NCBI GenBank assembly: GCA_963810095.1
Contig: CAWEMM010000006.1
Span: forward strand, 1,728,001 to 1,792,000
Reading direction: 5' to 3'
Origin: an uncultured Chloroflexia bacterium
GTDB lineage: Bacteria; Chloroflexota; Anaerolineae; CG2-30-64-16
DNA length: 64,000 nucleotides
A model generated the notes under the pieces. The model was not told the DNA's origin, made no database searches, and worked only from the letters and a program-made list of their open reading frames with translations. Positions 32,441 to 43,784 of the stretch are shown here, in pieces (positions within the stretch are counted from its first letter, which is position 1; each line of letters begins with the position of its first letter). A program made the translations under genes and the position numbers.

Positions 32441-32588
32441 GGTGCTCCTCCTGGGCTCAGGTACGTGCGGGATGTGGAGAATGTGCCTTAAATGGCAGAG
32501 TCACGCCATTCTAAAACGGCAGGAATGGATTGTCAAAAGTCATCGCCCCATCGCAAGGCGGGCTGCCCTCGCTCGAATGTTGGCGACC

Positions 32589-33293
32589 TCAGCTGTTGGC
32601 CACCTCAGCAAGCTTGTCGGCGTCCTTGATCGTGATGCGCTTGCGGCCGATCTCGATCAGGCCCTGGCCTTTCATGTCGTTGAGCACCTGGGTTGCCGTC
32701 TCGCGGTAGGTGCCGATGGTTTCGGCCAGGTCCTGGTGCGTCAGGCCCAGAATGTCATTCGAGCTGCGTTCGGCCGAGAGGCGCAGGAGCAAGGAGGCCA
32801 ACCGTGCGGGGATGCCCTTGAAGGCCATATCTTCGAGGCGCGCCTCCGCGTCATTCAGGCGGCGCCCCGTGATCTCGAGCATGCGCAGGCCCACGACGGG
32901 CTTGTTCAGGATGAGGCGTTCCAGGTCGGCCCGGCTCATCACGAGGATCAGGCAGTCGTCGAGCGCTTCGGCAAACGCGTTGTGCATCTGCTGGCCCAGG
33001 AGGGCCATTTCGCCGAACAGCGTCCCCGATCCGAGCGTCGCGATCACCAGCTTCTTGCCTTCGGGCGAGATGCGATACAACTGCACCTGGCCGGTTTTGA
33101 CCAGGAACAGCACTTCGCCCACGTCTTCGGGCTGGTAGAAGACCCGGCCGCGCGGGACGCTCGTGATAGTGGTCATGCGGTCGAGCTCGGTCATGTCGCG
33201 CTCCGAGAGGTCGCGGAACAGATCCACGTCTGACAAGTATCCGAGCTTCTCGTCCATCCGAGCCTCCGCCGTGGCGCCACCCATATCGTGCAT
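32589..33293 (-). CDS. Crp/Fnr family transcriptional regulator (no Fnr Cys cluster)
   Basis: cNMP domain (LFGEMAL) and [21 protein letters not shown]. Confidence 0.93.
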   Translation of the reverse strand: MHDMGGATAEARMDEKLGYLSDVDLFRDLSERDMTELDRMTTITSVPRGRVFYQPEDVGEVLFLVKTGQVQLYRISPEGKKLVIATLGSGTLFGEMALLGQQMHNAFAEALDDCLILVMSRADLERLILNKPVVGLRMLEITGRRLNDAEARLEDMAFKGIPARLASLLLRLSAERSSNDILGLTHQDLAETIGTYRETATQVLNDMKGQGLIEIGRKRITIKDADKLAEVANS

Positions 33294-33376
33294 GACAACT
33301 CCTGTTCGCTGGTTGCGAACTCATTATAAAGGGCGCACAGACAAATGACAAGGCGAACAAACCCACTGCGTGTATA

Positions 33377-34827
33377 ATGGGCCGCGTGAACGCATCCTCT
33401 GCCCCCCCGACGCATCCACTCTTCCGGCGTCTTGACGCGCTGCTGCTGGCCGTCCTCGTGCTTGCGCGCATCCGGATCGACTCGCTGGCCGAGGCCGCCG
33501 TGTTGCCTACACGCGTAGGCGACGTCATGCGCCATCCACTGCTCGGCAAGCTGTTGCCTGCCGACGCAATGGGCGTGCTGGCCCAGCAGCAACTCGTCGA
33601 CCCCGTCGCGCTGCTGCTGATCGTCGCCGCGCTCGGCTGCCTGTTGGCCTACCTGCTCGTCGACGAGTTCGTGCGGGCCGGCGCGGCGCGCTACCGGGCG
33701 AAGCTCACCCTGATCTGCCTCATCGTCGCGCTGACCGTATTTCTGCCCACCCTGAAGCTGGTACTGCTGCGCCAGCAGGGGGGGCCGGCGAGCTACAGCC
33801 ACGACGGTGGGGTGATTCAAACCGAGGCGACGATCGAGTATCTCCTGACCGGGCGGAACCCCTACGTCGAGGACTACGTGAACACGCCGATGGCCGAGTG
33901 GGGCATCAACGAGTTCCGTACCGCGCTCTATCATTATCCGTACCTGCCGTGGACCTTCCTCTTCTCGGCGCCGTTCAAGCTGCTCGGGCAGGCGCTGCTC
34001 GGCTGGTATGACCAGCGTTTCGTCTACCTGCTGCTCTTCGCCTTAACGCTGGCGCTGCTGCCGCGGCTGGCCGGCACACGCGAGCGGGCACTGCTGCTGG
34101 TCATGCTCATCGGGCTTAACCCGATCATGGGCTCGGACCTGATCTACGGGCAGAACGACAGCTTTGTTTTGGCATGGATCGTGCTGAGCCTGTGGCTGTG
34201 GCAGCGGGGCCGCGGCCGCGGCGAGGGGTGGCGGATCGCGTCGGCGGCCGTGTTCGGCCTGGCGTGTGCCAGCAAGCCGACGGCCTGGTTCCTCGCGCCT
34301 TTCTACCTGCTGTGGGCCATCCGCGATGCCGCGCCCCTTGCGTCGCTCGACGTACGCGGCTTTCTGCGGCAGGCCGTGCGCTACGGCTGGCCGGCGGGGG
34401 TGACGGCGCTGCTGGTCGTAGGGCCCTATTTCGCCTGGAACCCGGGTGCGATCGTCGACGACGTCTGGAAGTGGTCGGCCGGCACATCGGCGACGGCCTA
34501 CCAGATCTGGGGCTGGGGCGCTTCAAACCTGGTGCTGGCGCTCGGTTGGGTCAAGACGCGGTTCGACGCCTGGCCGTTCTGGTTGCCCGAGCTGCTCGTG
34601 GGCGTGCCGCTAATGGCGGTGCTCCTTGTGCGCCAGTGGCGCGGAATTCGCTGGGCCGCGCTCTGTGGAGCTACGCGCTCTTCCTCTTTACGTTCTTCTT
34701 TGTGTCTCGCTTCTTAAACGAGAACTACTTGGGGTACATTCTGGGGTTTCTGGCGCTGGGGGCGCTGGCGCTGGATGCGTCGGGTGCGAACGGCCGCCGG
34801 GAGGCACAGGACGCGAACCAGGGCTGA
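33377..34827 (+). CDS. Polytopic GT-C-type (GT87/DUF2029-like) membrane glycosyltransferase (frameshift near 34642)
   Basis: GRNPY, YPYLP, GQNDS and LACASK motifs with many TM segments. The hydrophobic C-terminus continues in the frame ending at 34827. Confidence 0.7.
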
Positions 34828-34876
34828 TGTACGTGGGGGCGCGCATCAGCCCGGCTGGAAGGTTCGCGAGATGGCC

Positions 34877-35773
34877 CTATCGGTCGCCGTTGCGGGGCGC
34901 GAGCTGCTTCAGCGTGGTCTGCACGTCGGACATTTGATCACGCAGCGTGTCCGAGTAGACGCGCAGGAAGCGCTCGTTGTGCGCGTTCCAAGTGGCGCCG
35001 CGCTCCGGTTCGGCCAGTGCAAGGGCCTGGGACAACCCATGTAGGGCGGCCGCGGCCGCGCTCCATGAGGGCAGCAAGCCCACCGTCGCCACCGGCGCGT
35101 AGAGCACGTACTGCGCCACAGACGCGATGGAATTGGTGGCCGAACCCGCAATTGCCACGGTCTTGGCGCCCACGTCCCGCGCGACCTTCAACATGACCGA
35201 GACGCCCGGCGTCATGGCGGTCATGCCGATGCACAGCACCGCGTCGTCGGAGCCGAGCGTGACCGACATGGCGGCCTGGCCGGCCAGCTCTTGCGAGACG
35301 GCATGCGCGGCATAGCCGAGGCTGACGAGCCGGTCTGCGAAGGCCTCGCAGAGGTAGCCCAAATTGCCTTCCCCCGCGACAAAGATCCGCTTGGCATCCT
35401 TCAGAACCTTGACCACGCACTCGACCGTTTCGGCCTCAAAATGAAGCAGCGAGTAATCGAGGTTGTTGCGATCCTGCATGAGATTGCGGCGGTAGACCTG
35501 GGCCGGCGAGTTGTCGCCCTCCGGCGGCTCGTACACTGCCCGCAGGTCGCGTTTGACCTCTTCCTGGACCTCGTTGATCAGTTCCGGGAAGCCGGGGTAG
35601 CCCAACCGTTGGGCAAAGCGTACGACCAGAGCGGTGTCGACGTCAACCACGCGCGCGATTTCTGCGGCGGTCATGAAGGCAGCGTCCTGGTAGTGGTTCA
35701 GCAGGTAGTCGGCGATCCGCCGATACCCGGGGGAAAACTGGCCGTATAGGGCGCGAATTCCTTCTCTAAACAC
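34877..35773 (-). CDS. MurR/RpiR family regulator (paralog 2)
   Basis: HTH (TAAEIAR...VVRFAQRLGYPGFPEL) plus SIS domain. Confidence 0.9.
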   Translation of the reverse strand: MFREGIRALYGQFSPGYRRIADYLLNHYQDAAFMTAAEIARVVDVDTALVVRFAQRLGYPGFPELINEVQEEVKRDLRAVYEPPEGDNSPAQVYRRNLMQDRNNLDYSLLHFEAETVECVVKVLKDAKRIFVAGEGNLGYLCEAFADRLVSLGYAAHAVSQELAGQAAMSVTLGSDDAVLCIGMTAMTPGVSVMLKVARDVGAKTVAIAGSATNSIASVAQYVLYAPVATVGLLPSWSAAAAALHGLSQALALAEPERGATWNAHNERFLRVYSDTLRDQMSDVQTTLKQLAPRNGDR

Positions 35774-35936
35774 TGGGATACTCCGAGGGGTGGATGGCTT
35801 AACCGCCGGGCAGTCGCCCGGGGGTTAGCCGAAACTTGCGCCGAAACTCGGCGTTGCGCGCCCACAACCGTCGCTCTACAGTGGGGGAGTTGATGGTTGC
35901 AGGTAGGCCACGCCGCTACCACTGCAGGGCAGCCGG

Positions 35937-36762
35937 CTACGACAACTCTGACAGGGCATGGGCGATCTCGGCCGATCGCTTGGATGCAGCTTCCGGCTGC
36001 ATGCGGGCCAACGTTTGCGCGATGGCGGTGCACAATGCGTAGAGGCTGGTCAGGCTCGGGAGACTGTCGTCCGTCTCGCCGGGTGCGTAGAGCAGGTGCT
36101 CGGCCGCGCGAGCGGCCTGGCTGCTCAGGCTGGGTGTACACGCCAGCGTGATGCCGCCCTCGCCGCGCGCGTACTTGAGCAGCCCGCGCGACGCCCGACG
36201 GCCCTTCGACCGGCGTCATGCCAATTACGACCTCTTTGCGCACGACGCGGCTCAGGGCCGTGGCGCGCTCATAGACGTCGCCCGAGGCGTACACGACGGG
36301 CAGGCCGGCCTCGCGCAGCATACCTGCGAAGGACTCGGCGAGCGGCGCCGCGAAGGACTCGCCGGTCACCACGATCCGCGGGGCCGCCCGCAGCATGTCG
36401 AGGATATTTTCGAGCGAGTCGGGTGTGTTGTGCGCGAGCGCCTTCTCGAGATTCGCCCGGTCTCTGGCAACCAGGGACTGCACTTTGCCGTAAAGCCCAC
36501 CCTCGTCGGTGGGAGTTGCGTATGTCTGGCTGAGTTCCAGCTTCACCTGTTCCTGAATATCTTCGATGAGTTCAGGAAAGCCCGGATAACCCAGGCGTTG
36601 AGCAAAACGGACAACCGTGGTCGTATCCACATCCACTGCATCTGCCAACGCGGCAGCAGTCATGAAGGCCGCAGTGCGATAATCGCTGAGGATGAAGTCG
36701 GCCACACGACGGTAACTGCGAGACAGATGGTCGTAGTGTTTGCGGATCTGCTCTCGGAACAT
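35937..36762 (-). CDS. MurR/RpiR family regulator (paralog 1; frameshift near 36185)
   Basis: Same HTH. After the shift the SIS domain continues LLKYARGEGGITLA...HALSELS and stops at 35937. Confidence 0.85.
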
Positions 36763-37108
36763 TATTCACCTCGGTGGTATGCACACGCGTGTAAATCCCA
36801 ACGCCCGCGCTTCGCTGACGATTGGGCCGGACTCTACCAGAAGGGTTGAGACCTGGAGCGCCTACTTAGTGAGTGCAAAATGATACTACAACATCACATG
36901 TGAATTGTCAAATCATCTTATGCTGAAATGGCTCGTGGACTCTATGAGCAAGGACTTGTGCCGGTGGTGGCCGAGGCTTACGCCGTTTGTTGTTTTTGCC
37001 TGCATTCAATGCCGACAGAGGCGCCTGATTCTTTTGACACCGCGTGGACTCTCGGCTATTCTTGCGCCAGTGATATCAACGTGCATCCTCTTGTTGCGAT
37101 ACGTGCAA

Positions 37109-38143
37109 GTGCGTCCATTTTTCCTGGCACTTCTGGTTCCGGCCTTGATTCTCAGTGGCTGTGCGACGCGGACCCCGCAACCTGCAATCAAGGTTGCCCC
37201 CGGTGTATCGCCTGCCGGCCTGCCTTCGGCCGCCACCGCCATCCCGACCTTGACGGCAAGTGCGACGGCGACACAAACACCGGTTCCGGCCGCAACTGCG
37301 ACGGCGACACACACACCGACTCGGACCGCAACCGCGACGGCGACACACACACCGTCTGCGACAGCGACCCCCGCTGCGACGGCGACCGCAACCCTTAAGC
37401 CCTCAGTGACGCCTACGCCCGGTCCCACACCGGACGGCGTGGCCAGAACGCTCGACGTCCCGATCCTGATGTACCACTACGTCTCGAAGCCGCCCGCCGG
37501 GTCGGACGTATATCGCCGCGACCTGTCGGTGACGCCCGAGCGTTTCGCCGAGCAGATGCGCTATCTGCGGGAGGCGGGCTATACGTCGATCACGCTGGAC
37601 GACCTGCTCTACGCGCTCACGCAAGGCCGCCCGCTGCCGCCGAAGCCGGTCATTCTCACCTTCGACGACGGTTACGTGGACAATTACGTGAACGCGTTTC
37701 CCATCCTGCGCGAGAACGGGTTCACGGGCACCTTCTTCATCATGACGGACCTGGTCACGGATGGCGCGGCAGGGTACATGACCTGGTCGCAGGTCGAGGA
37801 GATGGCTGCCGCGGGCCAGCGCTTCGGGTCGCACGGACGCCAGGATCACCGGTCACTGAGCGGCCGTTCGGTGGATTACCTCGTGTGGACCGCGCTGGGG
37901 AGCAAAGAGGCGATCGAGGAGCACCTGGGGTACGCCCCGCGATGGGTCGCCTACCCTTCCGGTGAATACGACGAGCGCACGATCGCCGTATTCCGTTCGG
38001 CGGGCTATTGGGGCGGGCTGACGATTGACCAGGGGGTCAGGCACACGCTCGACGACATTTTCGAGTTGCGCCGGATCCGGGTGCGCGGCTCGCATAGCGC
38101 GGGCGACCTGGCGCGGCTGCTCGCAACTGGCTGGCAGCAATAG
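37109..38143 (+). CDS. Polysaccharide deacetylase lipoprotein with Thr/Ala/Pro linker
   Basis: LSGC lipobox, VPILMYH, LTFDDGY and AYPSG (NodB domain). Start approximate. Confidence 0.88.
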   Translation: MRPFFLALLVPALILSGCATRTPQPAIKVAPGVSPAGLPSAATAIPTLTASATATQTPVPAATATATHTPTRTATATATHTPSATATPAATATATLKPSVTPTPGPTPDGVARTLDVPILMYHYVSKPPAGSDVYRRDLSVTPERFAEQMRYLREAGYTSITLDDLLYALTQGRPLPPKPVILTFDDGYVDNYVNAFPILRENGFTGTFFIMTDLVTDGAAGYMTWSQVEEMAAAGQRFGSHGRQDHRSLSGRSVDYLVWTALGSKEAIEEHLGYAPRWVAYPSGEYDERTIAVFRSAGYWGGLTIDQGVRHTLDDIFELRRIRVRGSHSAGDLARLLATGWQQ

Positions 38144-38234
38144 GGACGTCGCACCGGCGTCCCTGCGCTCAGAACCAGGTTTCGTCTCAGCACGCTGCCG
38201 CCGCACGCTGCTGAGGGTAGGGAAACCTGGTTTC

Positions 38235-39008
38235 TTATTTCTTCTCCGCAATTGCGATGATCGACGTGCCGAACGGCAGGTTCAGGCGCTTGAGCAGCGC
38301 GACCTCGACCTTGCCCACGAAGGTCAACAGCACGTTCACCATGGGCGACGCGGGCTCCATCTCCACCTGGTACGCGTGCTCGTCGAAGTGTGGCGAGGCG
38401 AGCTCGGGCTCGGCGCGGCCGCGGCGCAGCAGGATCAGCAGCGCGGCCAGCGGGAAGATGAAGAAGTTGTTGTAGGAAATACGCAGCACCCGAAACCCGT
38501 GTGCCTCCAGTTTGCTGCGGAGCTCGGGAACGGTGTAGCGGCGCTGGTGCATGTTGATTACGTCGTTGCGGCTCCACAGGAACATGAAGGCAGGTCCCGT
38601 CACCAGCAGCTTGCCGCCCTGCTGCAGCACCCGCATGCACTCGTCGAAGACCTGGCCCTCTGCCGGCACATGCTCTACCGTGTCGAGCACGGTCAGCAGG
38701 TCGAACTCACCGTCTGCGAACGGCAGGGCGTCGGCGGTCCCTTCGCGCACGGCGAGCCCGCGCTCGCGCGCAACCTGCAGCGGCCGCGGGTTGTTGTCGA
38801 CGCCCGTTACCCGGCCGTAATGGGCGAGGTGGTGCATCATGTTCCCCGCGCCGCACCCCACGTCGAGCACGCGCAAGCCCTTCCCGGCCCCCACATAGCG
38901 ATCCAAATAAGCCAGGATGGCCCGGGTGCGAGAGGCAAACCACCAATGCTTGTCTTCTTCGAGCACCACCAGCATGGGTGTGCTGGGCAGCATCGGGGTG
39001 GATGTCAT
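38235..39008 (-). CDS. Class I SAM-dependent methyltransferase
   Basis: VLDVGCGAG, LPFADGEFD and HQRRY. Confidence 0.88.
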   Translation of the reverse strand: MTSTPMLPSTPMLVVLEEDKHWWFASRTRAILAYLDRYVGAGKGLRVLDVGCGAGNMMHHLAHYGRVTGVDNNPRPLQVARERGLAVREGTADALPFADGEFDLLTVLDTVEHVPAEGQVFDECMRVLQQGGKLLVTGPAFMFLWSRNDVINMHQRRYTVPELRSKLEAHGFRVLRISYNNFFIFPLAALLILLRRGRAEPELASPHFDEHAYQVEMEPASPMVNVLLTFVGKVEVALLKRLNLPFGTSIIAIAEKK

Positions 39009-39100
39009 GGTTTTCTCCTACTCTGGAAGATCTTAAGCAATTGGGTATCGCCTCAGCGGACGTACGGTGCAGGAACCTGGTTCCTTGATGCGCCTGCGAT

Positions 39101-40273
39101 CTATGCGTCGAGCAACCGCAGCGCGGCGTCGACAACTTGTTGCGGTGGAATGGCGGCCATGCACTGGTGCAGCGGCAGCGCGCGGGCGGGCCAGTCCAGG
39201 CGGTCACACGGGACGCACGCGAACGGCGAGACGAGCACGACGTTGCGCGCCGGATCGCCCCAGGGGCCGAACTTGGCGGCGGGCACAGGGCCGTACAGGT
39301 GCACGGTCTTGGCGCCGGTGGCGACCGCAAGATGCAGGGGCCCCGAGTCCGAGCCCACGACCAGGTCACTGGCCCCGTACACCGCGGCAAGCTGGCCGAA
39401 AGTTGTCTGGCCGGCCAGGTCCAGCACGGCGAACGGCAGCTGGGCGGCGACGGCCGCTGCCAGGTCCTTTTCGCCGGGGCCGCCCGTCAAGACGATTCGG
39501 GCGCGCCGGTCGGCGTGCAGGGCACCCGCGACGGCGGCCCAGTGTGCGGCAGGCCATTGCTTTACAGCCGCGCCCGCGCCCGGATGGATGGCGACGATTG
39601 GCTCCTCTGTCTCGTGGCGCAGCCGGGTGGCAGCCCACTCCGCATCACCGGGTTGGACCCAGTAGCGCGTGGGCCCGAGCCCTTGCTCGAGCCCGGGTGC
39701 AAGTGCCTCGAGCAGCCGTGCATTCTGGTGGGCTTCGTGGCGGCCCGGGACGTAAGGCAGGGACTCGGTGAGGAACGACCTCGTCTCGGGCCACGCGTAG
39801 CCAATCCGGCGGGGGATACCCGCGGCTGCCGCCAGCCACGCGCCCCACCAATGATCGTAACGCAGGACGACCGCCGTGTCGAACCGGCCGCGGAGCTCTG
39901 CAGCAACCTGATGGAGGGTGCGGTACGGCGCGAAGGGGCTCGACTTCGCCTTGCGCTCGAAGCCCGGGAAGGAGCACACCTCGACCGCGTCGACGTCCGG
40001 GTTGCCTGCCACCGCCTCACGGCCCCACGGGCCCAGCAACAGGGTCAGGCGGGCGGCGGGCAGCGCGGCACGCAGCGCATGGAGGGCCGGGGTTAGCAGC
40101 AGTACGTCGCCGAGGTGGTCGGGGCGGATCAGCAGCACGCTTTCGGGCGCCCGGCCAGATCGCGGCCGGTCATAGCTCGAGCCGATGGCCGTCAGCCCGG
40201 CAAGCCTGGCCCGCTGGAGCGGCGTGCGGACGGCTGGCGCAGCCGAGGGGAGGAACTCTTGGCTTTCCATCAC
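39101..40273 (-). CDS. Glycosyltransferase family 9 (heptosyltransferase-like)
   Basis: DHLGDVLL, IHPGAG..KQWP and DSGPLHLA. Confidence 0.9.
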   Translation of the reverse strand: MMESQEFLPSAAPAVRTPLQRARLAGLTAIGSSYDRPRSGRAPESVLLIRPDHLGDVLLLTPALHALRAALPAARLTLLLGPWGREAVAGNPDVDAVEVCSFPGFERKAKSSPFAPYRTLHQVAAELRGRFDTAVVLRYDHWWGAWLAAAAGIPRRIGYAWPETRSFLTESLPYVPGRHEAHQNARLLEALAPGLEQGLGPTRYWVQPGDAEWAATRLRHETEEPIVAIHPGAGAAVKQWPAAHWAAVAGALHADRRARIVLTGGPGEKDLAAAVAAQLPFAVLDLAGQTTFGQLAAVYGASDLVVGSDSGPLHLAVATGAKTVHLYGPVPAAKFGPWGDPARNVVLVSPFACVPCDRLDWPARALPLHQCMAAIPPQQVVDAALRLLDA

Positions 40274-41511
40274 CCGTACAGCGCCTCGAGCTGCGGAACG
40301 ATGGCATCCCAGCCGTAATGCGCCTCCACAAACGCGCGGGCCGCGTGTCCCAGCCGGGCGGCTTCTGCCCGCCCGCGCAGGAGGCTGACCGCCCGGTCGG
40401 CGAAGGCGTGCGGTTCGTCCGCATAGACGACCTCGCGGCCATCCTGCAGGGGGAAGCCGTCGCAGCCGAGCCGCGTCGACACCACGGCCTGGCCCATCGC
40501 CATGGCTTCCAGCACCTTCAGCCGCGTCCCGCCGCCAATGCGGAGTGGGATCACGTAGGCTCCGGCGCCTGCGATGTAGGGCCGGGTATCGGGGACTTTG
40601 CCCGTGACGATGATGCCGGGTTGCTCGGCGAGCGCGGCGACGCGTGGGCTGGGCTGCTGCCCGACGACATAAAAGGCTGCATCGGGCGCCTGGGCGCGGA
40701 TAAGCGGGAAGACCGCCTCGGCAAACCAGGTTACTGCGTCCACGTTCGGCCGGTAGTCCATCTTGCCGGTGAACACGAGGCTGTCCGGTCCCATATCCGC
40801 CAGCGGGGGCACGACGCCCGGCCGGTAGAAATCGAGGTCGACGCCGTTCGGAATCACGGTGACGTCGAGCAGCGGATCGAGGCGCAGGAGCGCGGAACGG
40901 TCGACGTCAGACACGGCAGCGACCTTGTCGGCCGCCCGGCAGACGCGGCGCTCGTATGCCGCCAGCTTGCGCCATTGAATCAGGGAATAACCTGCGGCGA
41001 TCCAGCGCTTCGGACGGCGCACGTCCGTGGCGAAGGCCCGCTGCTGCAGCACGTACTCGGCATTATGGTCGTCATAGACGAAGCGCGGCCGCGGCCCCAA
41101 CAGGTCGCGTTGGAGCCCGAGCATATAGGGCGCCATTTCGATGCCTTCCACCTGGATCACGTCGTAGGGCTCGGGCGAGTGCGCGGCAAGGTCGAGCAAG
41201 GCCAAGTGCATTTCGGCTGCGTTCAGGCGCAGCGCCATATCGGGCGCCGCGCTGAGCAGCGTATCGCGCGCCCGAACGGACATCGTCCGGGCCGGCTGGG
41301 GCCGCGCAAGGACTTCGCGGCAATAGGGCCGCAGCAGGTCGACTGCCTGCGCGGACATGCCGGGCGCCAGAAAAGTCACCAGGTCGATCGTGTGGCGCCG
41401 CGACAGGCCGGCGAGCAGGTTGAAATTGCGGATCGTGGTGCCCTGCACCGAGCCGGTAAGCGCCTGGGGAGGAACGGGGAGCTGAGGAGCCAGGATCAGT
41501 ACGCGCGCCAC
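40270..41511 (-). CDS. Glycosyltransferase family 4
   Basis: FTGKMDYRPNVDA and GGTRLKVLEAMA; GTG start overlaps the upstream TAG. Confidence 0.9.
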   Translation of the reverse strand: MARVLILAPQLPVPPQALTGSVQGTTIRNFNLLAGLSRRHTIDLVTFLAPGMSAQAVDLLRPYCREVLARPQPARTMSVRARDTLLSAAPDMALRLNAAEMHLALLDLAAHSPEPYDVIQVEGIEMAPYMLGLQRDLLGPRPRFVYDDHNAEYVLQQRAFATDVRRPKRWIAAGYSLIQWRKLAAYERRVCRAADKVAAVSDVDRSALLRLDPLLDVTVIPNGVDLDFYRPGVVPPLADMGPDSLVFTGKMDYRPNVDAVTWFAEAVFPLIRAQAPDAAFYVVGQQPSPRVAALAEQPGIIVTGKVPDTRPYIAGAGAYVIPLRIGGGTRLKVLEAMAMGQAVVSTRLGCDGFPLQDGREVVYADEPHAFADRAVSLLRGRAEAARLGHAARAFVEAHYGWDAIVPQLEALYG

Positions 41512-42617
41512 TAGCCTGCCACTTTTCGGTAAACGGCCATCGTCTGTTCGGCCGCACGGCGCCACGAGAAGCTCGCAGCCCGCTGCTGCGCCTTCATGCG
41601 CAGCGATGCGGCCAGGTCCTTGTCGGTCAGGATCCGCCAGAGCGCGACGGTGATTTCTTCATCCTGATTCGGGTCGACGAGCAGGGCCGCGTCACCCACT
41701 ACCTCGGGCAGGCTGGAAACGTTCGAGACGATGGTGGGGGTGCCGCACGCCATCGCTTCCAGCGGCGTCAGGCCGAAGCCCTCGTAAAACGCCGGATGGA
41801 CAAGGCAGCGCGCGGCATTATACAGGTAGGGCAGATCGTTGGTTTCGACCCGGCCGAGGAAGTAGGTGTGCTCCTTGAGGTTGAGCTGGTTGACCAGCGC
41901 ATGTACGTCGTCGTTCAGCCAACCCGGCGAGCCGGCCAGGACGAGGGCCGGTGTGAGCCGGTAGTCATCCCGCAACCGCCGGTATGCCCGGAGCAGCCCG
42001 CCCACATTCTTCCGCGGCTCGATGGTGGAGACAAACAGAATGAAGTCGTCTGGGACGCCGTACAGGGCCTGCACGCGCTGCAGCGCTTCGGCCCGGGGGA
42101 TCGGGCGCATGCGGGGGTCGGCCGCTTCGTGGATGACGGTGATGCGCTCTTCGGCCACGCCGAGCATGCGCACTAAGTCGTTCTTGGTACTGTGTGAAAC
42201 GGCAATAATGTGATCGGCCCGGCGCACCGCCCGGTCGATCTGCCCGTAATAGCGGGCTCCGTCCTTGGTAAGGAAGTGGGGGTAGATCAGGAAGGCCAGG
42301 TCATGGATCGTGATGACGCTCCTGCCCTTGTAGCGGAGCGGAGGGACGAAGTCGGGGCTGTGGAAGAGGTTCACGTTGAGCCCGCCAATCACCCAAGGCA
42401 GCAGTACTTGTTCGAGCGTGTGATGGCTGGGCACCTGGGAATAGGCCACGCGGACGTTGCCGGCGCCGATCAGTTTTTGCTGCTGGCGGCGGTCTTGAAG
42501 CAGTACGAAGCGGTCTTGGGGAAAGGCCTCGGCAAGGGCCTGAGTCAGGCGCAGCGTGTATTCGCCGATGCCCGCGCGGGTGTAATACACGAGTCTTGCG
42601 TCGATCCCTACATGCAT
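41511..42617 (-). CDS. Glycosyltransferase family 4 (mannosyltransferase-like)
   Basis: TIHDL, IEPRKN and [15 protein letters not shown]. Confidence 0.92.
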   Translation of the reverse strand: MHVGIDARLVYYTRAGIGEYTLRLTQALAEAFPQDRFVLLQDRRQQQKLIGAGNVRVAYSQVPSHHTLEQVLLPWVIGGLNVNLFHSPDFVPPLRYKGRSVITIHDLAFLIYPHFLTKDGARYYGQIDRAVRRADHIIAVSHSTKNDLVRMLGVAEERITVIHEAADPRMRPIPRAEALQRVQALYGVPDDFILFVSTIEPRKNVGGLLRAYRRLRDDYRLTPALVLAGSPGWLNDDVHALVNQLNLKEHTYFLGRVETNDLPYLYNAARCLVHPAFYEGFGLTPLEAMACGTPTIVSNVSSLPEVVGDAALLVDPNQDEEITVALWRILTDKDLAASLRMKAQQRAASFSWRRAAEQTMAVYRKVAG

Positions 42618-42884
42618 GACAACGGCTGTCCTCTAGCGTCTGCACCGGCACGAGGGCCGGCCATGAGCGGATGAATAACAAGCCCTCCGCCCCGGAATGC
42701 CGAGAAGGAGGGCTTCGACGACCCACGCCATGTGCGCATGATATCACGGACGTCGCGGGGGCGTCAAATGAAATCCTTAACATCCTTTGCGTCTTGCGCT
42801 ATAATGAGTGCGAGCCAGCGTATCTGTCTGCTGGCAGCCATTCCGCCGCAAAGCTGCGGCATGTGGGTCTCAGGGAGGTCTCCA

Positions 42885-43685
42885 ATGGGAGAAATCCTCA
42901 GTTTTCTGCTCACCGCCGGCCTGCTCATTCTTATCGTTCTTGGCCTGCTCAGCACGGCCATCAAGATTGTCACCGAGTACGAGCGCGGCGTCATCTTCCG
43001 CCTGGGCCGCCTGATCGGCGCCAAGGGTCCGGGCCTCTTCTTCATCATCCCGATCGTCGATCGCATGGTAAAGGTCGACCTACGGGTGGTAACGCTCGAC
43101 ATTCCCTCGCAGGAGGCAATCACTCGGGACAACGTCACCGTCAAGGTCAACGCGGTCGCGTACTACCGGGTGATCAGCCCGACGGAAGCCATCGTCAAGG
43201 TGGAGAACTTCAATAAGGCGACGTATCAGATCGCGCAGACCAGCTTACGCTCCGTGATCGGCCAGTCAGACCTGGACGACCTGTTGGCGCGGCGCGACGA
43301 GATCAACCTGCGGCTGCAGCGCATCATCGACGAGCAGACCGAGCCATGGGGCATCAAGGTCAGCATCGTCGAGGTGAAGGATGTCGAGCTGCCCGATACG
43401 ATGAAGCGCGCAATGGCTGCCCAAGCTGAGGCCGAGCGCGGGAAGCGGGCTAAGATTATTGCTGCTGAAGGCGAGTTCATGGCGTCACAGCAGCTCTCCG
43501 CGGCCGCCGAAGTCATCGGGCGTCAGCCCGCCACGCTCCAACTGCGCTACCTGCAGACCCTCATCGAGATAGCGGCAGAGCGCAACTCGACGATCATCTT
43601 CCCGATCCCGATCGAGTTCATGCGCGCCTTCGGCGCGTGGAGCTCGCCGCCGGCCGACAAGGACGAAGAGACGCCGGCGGCCTGA
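42885..43685 (+). CDS. SPFH/stomatin (slipin) family protein
   Basis: EYERGVIFRLGR, AQTSLRSVIG and AEAER..RAKII; GGAGG RBS before ATG 42885. Confidence 0.93.
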   Translation: MGEILSFLLTAGLLILIVLGLLSTAIKIVTEYERGVIFRLGRLIGAKGPGLFFIIPIVDRMVKVDLRVVTLDIPSQEAITRDNVTVKVNAVAYYRVISPTEAIVKVENFNKATYQIAQTSLRSVIGQSDLDDLLARRDEINLRLQRIIDEQTEPWGIKVSIVEVKDVELPDTMKRAMAAQAEAERGKRAKIIAAEGEFMASQQLSAAAEVIGRQPATLQLRYLQTLIEIAAERNSTIIFPIPIEFMRAFGAWSSPPADKDEETPAA

Positions 43686-43784
43686 TCGTCCTTGACGACG
43701 GCGCCTCTGCAATCGCGGGGGCCGCGATAGCACGGTTCGCAGCGCAAGCAGAGAGACCTTTTCTGCAATTGGAAAACGTGGATT

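Noticed and set aside
37260-37395. Direct repeats GCGACGGCGACACACACACCG as a possible CRISPR array
   Set aside because: They are in-frame codon repeats encoding the ATATHTP linker of the deacetylase. There are no unique spacers and no cas genes.
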